A program made the translations under genes and the position numbers. The notes under the pieces were generated by a model. It ran no database searches. It saw only the letters and a list, made by a program, of their open reading frames with translations, and was not told the DNA's origin. A stretch of DNA of 61,515 nt, filler included, from Anaerolineae bacterium (lineage in GTDB: Bacteria > Chloroflexota > Anaerolineae > Epilineales > Epilineaceae): NCBI GenBank assembly GCA_029262755.1. It is 7 parts of 7 records of this genome, joined end to end, with 100 filler letters (N's around TTAATTAATTAA, not from the genome) between each part and the next. Parts side by side here need not be neighbours in the genome. Positions count along the whole stretch, not along the records: positions 48,435 to 55,559 come from JAJCYU010000320.1; positions 55,660 to 61,515 come from JAJCYU010000324.1; 5 more parts are not named here. One strand, 5' to 3'. Positions within the stretch are counted from its first letter, which is position 1, and each line of letters opens with the position of its first letter. This document shows, one piece after another, positions 53,911 through 61,515 of this stretch.

Positions 53911-55392
53911 ATGTCGCTGCTTGCCCGAAGATACGCCGCGGGTCTCGTGCTGCTCGCTCTTCTCGTGACACGCGCCGTACCCGGCGGCCCCCTCGCGTCG
54001 GTCACGGGCCAGGAGCAGGCGCGCAACGTCCTGATCATCGTGGCCGACGATCTCGGCGTCGATGCCGTCGCGCGCTATGGCGTCGCGACCGATACGGCGC
54101 GCACGCCGACGCTCGATGCGCTGGCGGACGATGGCGTGCTCTTCGAGCAGGCCTGGGCCTATCCGGTATGCGCGCCCTTTCGCGCGTCGGTGCTCACCGG
54201 ACGATTCGGGTTCCGCAACGGGGTCGGCACGGTTCCCGGAAGGCTGGATCTACGTGAGACGATCATCCCGAAAGTCCTGTCCGCACATCCGGCACTCGGC
54301 GTCGCGCATGCCGCCATCGGCAAGTGGCATTTGGGCGGCGGCGACAGCGCGCCGAACGACCACGGCTTTGGATATCACGCGGGCCCCATCGACAACGTGG
54401 ACGACTACTTCGCGTACCAGCGAGTGGTGAACGGTCGCTCCGCGCTGGAGACGGGCTACGCGACCAGCGTGCAGGTGAACGACGCGAGCGCGTGGATCGC
54501 GGAGCGCGGCGCGCAGCCGTGGTTCATGTGGCTGGCCTTCAACGCGCCGCACGAGCCCTTCCATCGCCCGCCGGACGACCTGCATTCGGTGAACCTGCCG
54601 CCAGGCGAGCCGGGGCGCGGCCGCGCCGTCGTGCCGTTCTTCCAGGCCGCTGTCGAGGCCATGGACACCGAGATCGGCCGTTTGCTCGACGAGATGGACC
54701 CCGCGGTGCGTGCGCGCACGACGATCGTCTTCGTGGGCGACAACGGTTCCCCCGCACGCACGGTCAACCCGCCGTTCACCCGCGAGAGCGCCAAGGGCAC
54801 GCTCTACCAGGGCGGCATCCTCACCCCGCTCATCATCGCCGGCGCCGGTATCGAGGCACGCGGCCGACGCGTCGCGCACCTCGTGCACTCCGTCGACCTC
54901 ATGGCCACCAGCCTCGATCTGCTCGGTCTCCCGGTCGGCGATTGGCCGACGGATATCGACGGCCGCAGCCTGCGCCCATTCCTGGAGTCACCGGACGCGC
55001 CCGCACTGCGCGACTGGGCGTTCAGCGAACGCTTCGGCAGCCGCATGGGCGCTGAGTCCGACGGCAAGGCCATCCGCGACCTACGCTACAAGTACATCCG
55101 CTTCGACAGCGGCGCCGAAGCACTCTACGACCTGCAACGCGATCCCTACGAGGCCCGCGAGCTGATCGCCGCCGGCCTCGACGCGGACGGCGACGCCGCG
55201 TTGGCCGCTCTGCGCGCGCGCCTGGACGCGCTCCTCGCGGGCCCACCGGTCACGCCGACGCCGAACGGAGCGCCGACGGTGGCCGCGACGGTGACTGCGG
55301 TCGCAACGCCGCCGGCGCCGCGCGCGACCGCTACGCCGGAGATTCCGGCCGGAGGTCCGCTCTACGTTCCCGTGGCGCGCGGAGACGGGTAG
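53911..55392 (+). CDS. Secreted sulfatase with PT linker and LYVP tail
   Basis: NVLIIVADDLG, CAPFRASVLTG (CxPxR), GKWHLG, FNAPHEP, GDNG, KGTLYQGG; ends PLYVPVARGDG*. Confidence 0.92.
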   Translation: MSLLARRYAAGLVLLALLVTRAVPGGPLASVTGQEQARNVLIIVADDLGVDAVARYGVATDTARTPTLDALADDGVLFEQAWAYPVCAPFRASVLTGRFGFRNGVGTVPGRLDLRETIIPKVLSAHPALGVAHAAIGKWHLGGGDSAPNDHGFGYHAGPIDNVDDYFAYQRVVNGRSALETGYATSVQVNDASAWIAERGAQPWFMWLAFNAPHEPFHRPPDDLHSVNLPPGEPGRGRAVVPFFQAAVEAMDTEIGRLLDEMDPAVRARTTIVFVGDNGSPARTVNPPFTRESAKGTLYQGGILTPLIIAGAGIEARGRRVAHLVHSVDLMATSLDLLGLPVGDWPTDIDGRSLRPFLESPDAPALRDWAFSERFGSRMGAESDGKAIRDLRYKYIRFDSGAEALYDLQRDPYEARELIAAGLDADGDAALAALRARLDALLAGPPVTPTPNGAPTVAATVTAVATPPAPRATATPEIPAGGPLYVPVARGDG

Positions 55393-55413
55393 GCGGGCTG
55401 ATTGGTGGAACTG

Positions 55414-55460
55414 GGCCCCGGAACCGGCGCGATCGGGTTAGTCGCGTCGGTTCCGGGGCC
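55414..55460. terminator. Long hairpin between convergent genes
   Basis: GGCCCCGGAACCGGCGCGA / TCGCGTCGGTTCCGGGGCC 19-bp stem with one G-U pair. Confidence 0.6.
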
Positions 55461-55501
55461 AAAGGGCTGCCACTTCGTCAAACCAGCAAAGGGGCTTTTT
55501 C

Positions 55502-55559
55502 CTACACCAAAGGCAGCGCGTTCCATGCCAGCGGCAGGTAGAGCGTCGCCGCGTTCGGT
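55502..55559 (-). CDS. Extreme 3' end of a gene carrying the LYLP tail (absent from the ORF track)
   Basis: Reverse strand reads PNAATLYLPLAWNALPLV*. Confidence 0.65.
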
Positions 55560-55659
55560 NNNNNNNNNNNNNNNNNNNNNNNNNNNNNNNNNNNNNNNNN
55601 NNNTTAATTAATTAANNNNNNNNNNNNNNNNNNNNNNNNNNNNNNNNNNNNNNNNNNNN
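55560..55659. other. Artificial contig-joining spacer
   Basis: N-run + TTAATTAATTAA + N-run. Confidence 0.98.
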
Positions 55660-56502
55660 ACCCTGCTCAGCTTCGACGGAAACGGCGCACAGCGCGTTCC
55701 CTATACCGACGAAATCGGCCTATGTCCCGGCACGATGCGCGCATACGACATTCGAGCCATTGCCGGTGAGATCCCGCCGACCAACCCTCGGCGCGGCGGC
55801 GATACGCCCGGCGCACCGCTGCCTCCAATGCTTTCCGTGCGCGTGGAAGGCGTCAGCGCCGACGGAACAGAGTACGTGCCGATTTCAGCCGCCATGGAAG
55901 TCTCCTCCGACCAGGGAGTCGGAGCCTACGGCGGGCTGAGCCTCCCCCTGTTGGCAGCCTTGTCCACAAATGACAGAGCGGCCGAACGCGAGGGCGTTCG
56001 TGCGGTCACCATCGTGCCGGACGTCCGGATCGTGTACGGACCCGAGCGCATCTCTACCTTCCTCGCCGTCATGAACGTCTCCACCAATCTAGCGCAGGAG
56101 CGACAGGCGCTCGTTGAACTCTACGACCAACGCGGGCGGCTGATGGGCCAGCCGCGGCGCGTGCAAATCGGGACTGGTCCGGCCGGGTACTTGGACTTTG
56201 CCGCATTCGCTCGTTCCCTAGGCGACGGGTACCCGGATGGTTTCCGGGGCAGCGCCATCGTTCGTGGAGCCTTGGGCCGCGGGGTCATGGGCGCCGTGGC
56301 CATGAACCGGCCCGCAGGGACCGACGCGGGCCCACGGGGCGGCGGTGATCAGATCACCGTGCACTCCGGCCTCGTCCTCGCACGCGGCCCAGACCCCAGC
56401 ATTCCGACCCCGACGCCGCGGCCCACCGTCGCACCGCCGACCGCGACTCCGGACGTCGTCTTGCTATCCTTGCCGTATCTGCTGAGCGGCAACGGCGAGT
56501 AG
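55660..56502 (+). CDS. 3' part of a secreted beta-rich surface protein with PT linker and LSLP tail
   Basis: Frame open from the contig start; TFLAVMN...VELYDQRG...DGFRGSAIV; PTPTPRPT; ends VLLSLPYLLSGNGE*. Confidence 0.75.
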   Translation, partial: TLLSFDGNGAQRVPYTDEIGLCPGTMRAYDIRAIAGEIPPTNPRRGGDTPGAPLPPMLSVRVEGVSADGTEYVPISAAMEVSSDQGVGAYGGLSLPLLAALSTNDRAAEREGVRAVTIVPDVRIVYGPERISTFLAVMNVSTNLAQERQALVELYDQRGRLMGQPRRVQIGTGPAGYLDFAAFARSLGDGYPDGFRGSAIVRGALGRGVMGAVAMNRPAGTDAGPRGGGDQITVHSGLVLARGPDPSIPTPTPRPTVAPPTATPDVVLLSLPYLLSGNGE

Positions 56503-56550
56503 CGCATCGTCCGGCCGTCCTCGGAGGGGCAGCAATCCGGCTGCAACGAC

Positions 56551-56579
56551 TTGCCGGAGCACCCGCCGGCTGTTAGAAT
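56551..56579 (+). promoter_or_regulatory. Sigma70 promoter of tRNA-Ser
   Basis: TTGCCG-17-TAGAAT with a TG extension. Confidence 0.7.
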
Positions 56580-56591
56580 CGTCCGCCTTGT

Positions 56592-56683
56592 GGAGGGGTC
56601 GCATAGTCTGGCCTAGTGCGCGCGTCTCGAAAACGCGTAGGGGTGCAAGCCCCTCGTGGGTTCGAATCCCACCCCCTCCGCCA
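56592..56683 (+). tRNA. tRNA-Ser(CGA)
   Basis: Acceptor stem GGAGGGG/CCCCTCC, anticodon arm CGCGT-CTCGAAA-ACGCG, long variable arm, GGTTCGAATCC, GCCA end. Confidence 0.96.
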
Positions 56684-56696
56684 TCGCGTAGGAATT

Positions 56697-56733
56697 CAAA
56701 CCGGGCGGTCCTTGCGGACCGCCCGGTTTGTTT
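56697..56733 (+). terminator. Intrinsic terminator after tRNA-Ser
   Basis: CAAACCGGGCGGTCC-TTGC-GGACCGCCCGGTTTG followed by a T-rich tail. Confidence 0.85.
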
Positions 56734-56816
56734 GTGTTCGACATCTATCGAGGCAGCAATCTAGGGGCCCAGAACCGACCACATTTCCGCCTTGCGGCCA
56801 GCGTAGTGCCGCTTCC

Positions 56817-58103
56817 CTAGCGGTAGGCGATCGGTAGGTGAACCACCACCGTGGTAGACGTCTCCGTCGGCGTTGCAGTTGGCGTATCGGTTGCAGCTGC
56901 AGTCGGAGTCGCCTCGGGCGTTGCGGTTGCGCTTGGCACCGGTGTGGGCCGCAGCGCTGGATCAAGCACCTCGATATCGGGGTTGTCGACGGCGATCGGG
57001 TGGTTCTCGCCGAGATCGTCTACGACTTCAAGCACGGCGCTATCGGCCACGGGGTAGGTCTCATTCGGATAGATCATCCGGGCGCGATAGGTCAGGGTGA
57101 GCCCGCGTGCGGGCACGCCGGCCAAATCCCAGAGCAAGCGCTGGCCAACCTGAGTTGCAGGGGGCGACACGGAACCGGGGACCAGCACAGCGCCGGAATG
57201 CAGGTACTCTTCATGGACGATGCGGTCGATCGCGCGTGCGCGCAGCAGGCGGGTGGCGAGCATGCTCGTGGTTTCCGCGTAGTTCCTTTCATCGACGGGC
57301 CATGCCCACTTCGTCGCGACTTTGCTGCCCAACTGATAGGTTGGGCAATTCGACGTACAGTCGCTGGCCGCCTCGACGAGATGCCGATACCGTGCTTGCG
57401 GGAAGAGCAGAAAGATCACCTTAACGCCCGCGTTACGTGCGGAGTTTGTGACCGTAGGCATGTTGACCAAGGCCTGCGACTGATCGACGCCGGCGACCGT
57501 AATGAAGACGACCTTTTGGTTGGCCGGATCGCCGTCATTGTCCAATTTGCCCACAGCCTTGCGGAACGCGCCGTCAACGCCCCGAACGTCATTCTCTTCC
57601 GACAGCCGGATCGAGCGAATGGCGTTGAGGACACGGGACTGATCGTGGGTGAGGTTGGTCGCGATTTGATCCTGTCTTGCATACGTGATCAGACCGGCTG
57701 TCGACGACTCGAAGTCCATGGCAAGGACAAAGTTGGTCAAGCCGGTCTGGATCGAATCCAGCAGACCATCTTCGTGCACGGTGATCGATCGATCCACCAC
57801 GAACATCACATCGATGCCACGGGGCTTCGCGTCGCCGCAATACGCTTGAATGGCAGTCGTCATGGTGACCGTATCACCGGCATATACGGTCGATGGTCCG
57901 ACACTTCGTGTGGCCGAGGCGTCGCATGGCGGCCCCGCTGCTCCCGTCTCTTGGCCCTGGACGCTACCGATGAGCAGCAGTGCTGCAAACGCACTGATAC
58001 CAAGCGCGAGGGCTTGCCGGCCGCGTGCGGCCGAACACAACCGCACGACTTGGTTCTTTGTACGCATCCCGACGTATCGCGGGCAACCACCATGTGCGTT
58101 CAT
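56817..58103 (-). CDS. Secreted VWA-domain protein with PT linker and VHLP tail
   Basis: GGGGAGG RBS; signal peptide; DVMFVVDRSIT; Ig-like C-domain; ends VVHLPIAYR*. Confidence 0.85.
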   Translation of the reverse strand: MNAHGGCPRYVGMRTKNQVVRLCSAARGRQALALGISAFAALLLIGSVQGQETGAAGPPCDASATRSVGPSTVYAGDTVTMTTAIQAYCGDAKPRGIDVMFVVDRSITVHEDGLLDSIQTGLTNFVLAMDFESSTAGLITYARQDQIATNLTHDQSRVLNAIRSIRLSEENDVRGVDGAFRKAVGKLDNDGDPANQKVVFITVAGVDQSQALVNMPTVTNSARNAGVKVIFLLFPQARYRHLVEAASDCTSNCPTYQLGSKVATKWAWPVDERNYAETTSMLATRLLRARAIDRIVHEEYLHSGAVLVPGSVSPPATQVGQRLLWDLAGVPARGLTLTYRARMIYPNETYPVADSAVLEVVDDLGENHPIAVDNPDIEVLDPALRPTPVPSATATPEATPTAAATDTPTATPTETSTTVVVHLPIAYR

Positions 58104-58309
58104 GCACCCTCCCCTTGAAGGACGAGTCTCGTCGTCCTGGACGCTTCTGTGAGCATAACACGTCAGGCTGGGCACGCGGACGGCCGAGCCGGAAACTCGC
58201 GCCGGCCAAACGGCCCCTCGTTGAGGACGCGCCCTAACGACCGCGAGCGCAAGGCGTTGCCTTGCGCTCGCGGATTGCATCGATTGGGTTGCTGCGCCGA
58301 ATCCTTTAG

Positions 58310-59716
58310 CTACTCGTTCTTGGCCATCGGAAGGTAGATAAACGGACCCGTTTCGGGCTCATCCGTCGGCGGCGTCACGGCCGTCGGCGTGTTCGGCTCG
58401 GGTGTCGCGGGTTCCGGCGTCGGTGTGTCGGCCGGCACGTCCGTCGGCGTGGGACCATCCGGGGTATCGGTCGGGAATGGCGTCGGCGTAAACGCTTCCT
58501 GCGTTAGGCGCAGGGCAAAGTTGCCGCAATCCTGTTCCTTGCGTCCGGCGCGATGTACGCACACTTCCTTCTGCGGCAGGTACCACTGCTCCGTTACCTG
58601 CGAGAAGATCAATTGCAGCGCCGGGCCTGGACTGAGCGTGATGTTGCCTACGGTCGGACCGTTGAGCGCCTTCATCCGATAGCTATACCGGAAGTTTCCC
58701 TTCGGCACTTGCGGTACCTGCTCACTCCAGACCAGATCGCCGAAGAACGTGTCGGGGTCGCGCGGGGCACCGCTGCCGAACACGTAGTCCCAATACAGCG
58801 TGTCAAAGAAGTCGGAGTAGAGCGTCTCCCGCGGCTTCTGATCTCTCAAGGTCCGATCGCGAATGTCTTCGAAGATTCCGGGCAGGTCGGAGCCGGTGTC
58901 GGAGCTGGATCGATAGTACCAGCCAGGCGTGTTGCAGCCGCGCAAGCGACCGTCCGACGCACGCAGCGCCACGAGCACCACCGTAACCTGCTCGGCCTTG
59001 GCGGCGTCACACGCGTTCTGCAAGCCAGCCTGCTGCGAAGGCGGCACGCCGGAACACGGCGGGGCACCGGCATCGATAATGACCATGACCGAAGGCGGAT
59101 CCGTCGGATCCGGCTTACCGAGCGAGTTGACCATACCGCTCGCGGCGCGGAGCGCAGAGCCGGGATTTGCGCAGCCGCCCAGCGCGCCACGAACGAGGTT
59201 GATCGCGTTCAGGAAGGCTTGGAAGTGATCCTCACCCCGACCGATGGGAGGTGCACCAGTCCAGTTCGGACCGTACTTCACCATGCCGATGCGTGAACCA
59301 TTGGTTGGGTCAACGGCCAATACGAGACGCTGGATGGCGTCCTTCAGGTTGGTGAGCGGCTGCTCGCCCGCCTGGTCGCGCTCGATGCGCAGGATGCCCG
59401 TGTCCTCAAGCACCAGGACCATGTCAATCTGGCGCGTCCCCTCGGTGATGCAGTTGTAACTGTAGTTAGCAGAGACCGTGACCTCGCTGCCCTCTTCCAC
59501 GATCCGCGGTTCTACGTCGTGCTTTCCGCGCAGATTGCAGGGCACGAGCGAGCTGTCTTGCAAGATCTGCGGCGTCGGCGTCGGCTCCTCCTGCATGACC
59601 GGCAAACGAGCCGGCGCTGCGGAGGCGCCTGGCACGCTCACCGCCATGCCGAACAGCACGACGGCTGCGAGTAATGGCAGCCAAGCCGGGCGTAAGCGGC
59701 GCATCCAATGGGCCAT
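58310..59716 (-). CDS. Secreted VWA-like protein (degenerate MIDAS) with PT linker and IYLP tail
   Basis: AAGGGAG RBS; signal ending ASA-A; DMVLVLEDTG, SRIGMVKY, VMVIIDAG; ends FIYLPMAKNE*. Confidence 0.85.
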   Translation of the reverse strand: MAHWMRRLRPAWLPLLAAVVLFGMAVSVPGASAAPARLPVMQEEPTPTPQILQDSSLVPCNLRGKHDVEPRIVEEGSEVTVSANYSYNCITEGTRQIDMVLVLEDTGILRIERDQAGEQPLTNLKDAIQRLVLAVDPTNGSRIGMVKYGPNWTGAPPIGRGEDHFQAFLNAINLVRGALGGCANPGSALRAASGMVNSLGKPDPTDPPSVMVIIDAGAPPCSGVPPSQQAGLQNACDAAKAEQVTVVLVALRASDGRLRGCNTPGWYYRSSSDTGSDLPGIFEDIRDRTLRDQKPRETLYSDFFDTLYWDYVFGSGAPRDPDTFFGDLVWSEQVPQVPKGNFRYSYRMKALNGPTVGNITLSPGPALQLIFSQVTEQWYLPQKEVCVHRAGRKEQDCGNFALRLTQEAFTPTPFPTDTPDGPTPTDVPADTPTPEPATPEPNTPTAVTPPTDEPETGPFIYLPMAKNE

Positions 59717-59938
59717 GGTGGGCACTCCCTTATCAGTCATCCGTGGAACCGGCGCATCAAACCACGCCCTGGACGGTACGGCCGCGGGGCGTGGCGGACT
59801 TCTTCTTCAGCATACGACGTCGCATGATAGGTCAGCCACCAAACAGGGGCAATCGGCCTACCTCCACTACGGCGTACATAGGTTAACGCGTTCGCGGCCT
59901 AGAATGTGACACCACACGAGGACAGAGTCGGAAGCGCT

Positions 59939-61515
59939 CTACGGGCATCCAGGGTCGCTCGCGATCTCACTGTAAATCCGAGCCAAGTCCGCACCGTCCG
60001 GGCTCTGCCGGTAGCGAAGACGGTTGCCGGCCAAATCGATCAGTAAATCCTCGTCGACCGCGTTGCCGAGGCCGATCGCGTAGATTGCGACACCGCGTTC
60101 GCGTGCTCCTTCCGCGGCAATCCGCGCACCGACCGGATCGGCCAAGCCGTCCGTCAGCAAGACCATGATCTTGCGGCGATCCGTCGCGGTCCAGCGCGGC
60201 GGCATGGGCCCCGGATACGCTTCGCTTCCGCCAAGGCGCAACAAGCGCTCCGCAGACGCGATGCCGAGGTCGATGCGACTGCCCGTCCCGACCTCGGCGA
60301 AGAGCCTCGCCAAGGCTACGTGCAGGGCGCTGCGTGATCCCGTCAAGTCGAGGATTGTGCGGGGTATGCCGTGGAAGGCCACGACGGCCGCACGATCGGC
60401 AGGTAGTGCCAACGCATCGACAAAGGTGCTCGCCGCTAGCGTGGCCAGGGTCAGCTTCGGTACACCCTCTGCCGCTCGCTCCAGCATGCTGGACGACACG
60501 TCAAGGACGAGAATGAAATCGCCGCCACGAGGGTCTGGTTTGCAATAGCCGTTGACCGCGAGCGGTAGAAACGCCGGCTTGAGCTGCGGCGTGCGCGTGG
60601 AAGTCGGCGTGGACGTCGGTGTGGCGGAAGGCGTCGGGGTGTGGGTCGGTGGCAAGACGACCTCGACCTGGGGGATGGGGAACGGCAGCGTTTGCGGTGC
60701 ACCGCGATCGAAGCGCAGCTCCACATCCGCACCGAGGCTGACCGGATGCGTGCCGAGCTCTTTGGGCTCGAGCTCGTAGGTGATCGTGATGCCCTCCGTC
60801 GGCCAGATCGCCCATGCCCACAGCAGTTCATCCCCGCTCGGCCTTCCAGGAGGGTTGTCGGAGCCCCAGACCAGCTCCATGTTGGAGGGTAGACGCTCCG
60901 TGAATTGAGCGCCTTCGAGACGTACTGCGGATGTATCGGCCGCAATCCGCTCGAGCATCTCGGAGTAGAGGATGCCCTCCGACTCGATATAGAACTGCTC
61001 GGGGGAGGTCGCTAGCTCCTCGAGCAATTGGAAGTCCGCGTCGCCCGTCATGGCGACCGTCACCAACAAGATTCCCTCGTCCTTGATCCGCTGCGCCGTG
61101 GCGCGCAATGCGGCGTCACCCGTGTCCTCTTCGTCGTCTGGGTCACTACCAGACATCAAGATGATCACTTCGGTGACCTCGCCGGCGCCGGGCAAAGCGC
61201 GTCCCCTCCGGATCATGTCGGCGGCGCCGCGCAAGGCCAGTTCGTGGTTGCTGCCCCTTCTTGGGAAGAACGAATTGCCGGTTGCCTTGAGCACGACTTC
61301 GTCCTGGCTAAGTTCGGACAAGAGCTCCACGAATCCGTAGAAGGACAGCACGCCGAGTCGCGACGTCGACAGATCGAGCACGTCGACGAACGTATTGACC
61401 GCCTCGCGTAGGTTGCCCATGCGTGGGCCACCCATCGAGAGTGAATTGTCCACCGCCAACACGGCGTGGACGGGAAGATCGAGGGTGTCGCAGCGCGCTT
61501 CCACGTGAAGCGTCA
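59939..61515 (-). CDS. Protein with two VWA domains separated by an Ig-like domain, PT linker and internal AFLP motif (5'-truncated)
   Basis: AVDNSLSM and VLDVSSSM MIDAS; LLTDG; IYAIGLG; PTPTSTPT...PAFLPLAVNGYC. Confidence 0.9.
   Translation of the reverse strand, partial: TLHVEARCDTLDLPVHAVLAVDNSLSMGGPRMGNLREAVNTFVDVLDLSTSRLGVLSFYGFVELLSELSQDEVVLKATGNSFFPRRGSNHELALRGAADMIRRGRALPGAGEVTEVIILMSGSDPDDEEDTGDAALRATAQRIKDEGILLVTVAMTGDADFQLLEELATSPEQFYIESEGILYSEMLERIAADTSAVRLEGAQFTERLPSNMELVWGSDNPPGRPSGDELLWAWAIWPTEGITITYELEPKELGTHPVSLGADVELRFDRGAPQTLPFPIPQVEVVLPPTHTPTPSATPTSTPTSTRTPQLKPAFLPLAVNGYCKPDPRGGDFILVLDVSSSMLERAAEGVPKLTLATLAASTFVDALALPADRAAVVAFHGIPRTILDLTGSRSALHVALARLFAEVGTGSRIDLGIASAERLLRLGGSEAYPGPMPPRWTATDRRKIMVLLTDGLADPVGARIAAEGARERGVAIYAIGLGNAVDEDLLIDLAGNRLRYRQSPDGADLARIYSEIASDPGCP

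Noticed and set aside
56592..56733. tRNA-Ser as an integration site of a mobile element
   Set aside because: No integrase and no duplicated tRNA 3' end seen; the tRNA is followed directly by its terminator.

Overview
High-GC bacterial DNA, most likely a Chloroflexota (Anaerolineae-like) metagenome bin. This is inferred from the NuoA/NuoH/GyrB sequences, an HU-like gene and many secreted proteins ending in 'xYLPx..R'. The window is seven separate contigs joined by artificial 100-bp N-TTAATTAATTAA-N spacers, so adjacency across spacers is meaningless. Housekeeping and metabolic genes: aminotransferase plus MocR regulator, DUF2237, RidA, DinB, MFS, M24 peptidase, MOSC, nuoA-nuoH, two FemABX genes, gyrB, Hsp20, tRNA-Ser(CGA). 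Regulatory and accessory genes: an ECF42-type sigma/DGPF module, a YtrA-type GntR, a degenerate nucleotidyltransferase/HTH toxin-antitoxin-like pair and two Uma2 nucleases. There is also a very high density of secreted or surface proteins (beta-propellers, VWA adhesins, sulfatase, serine hydrolase). The strongest unexplained signal is a short (hydrophobic)-(aromatic)-(L/V/I/M)-P-(hydrophobic) peptide, usually after a Pro/Thr linker. It occurs in 16 otherwise largely unrelated proteins at C-terminal, N-terminal and internal positions, and is a candidate surface-sorting or docking tag with no mechanism known to me. Other notable items: an array of diverged beta-propeller paralogs interleaved with Uma2 genes and an orphan 3' paralog fragment, nuoA directly followed by nuoH, and a CxxS TlpA-like redoxin.
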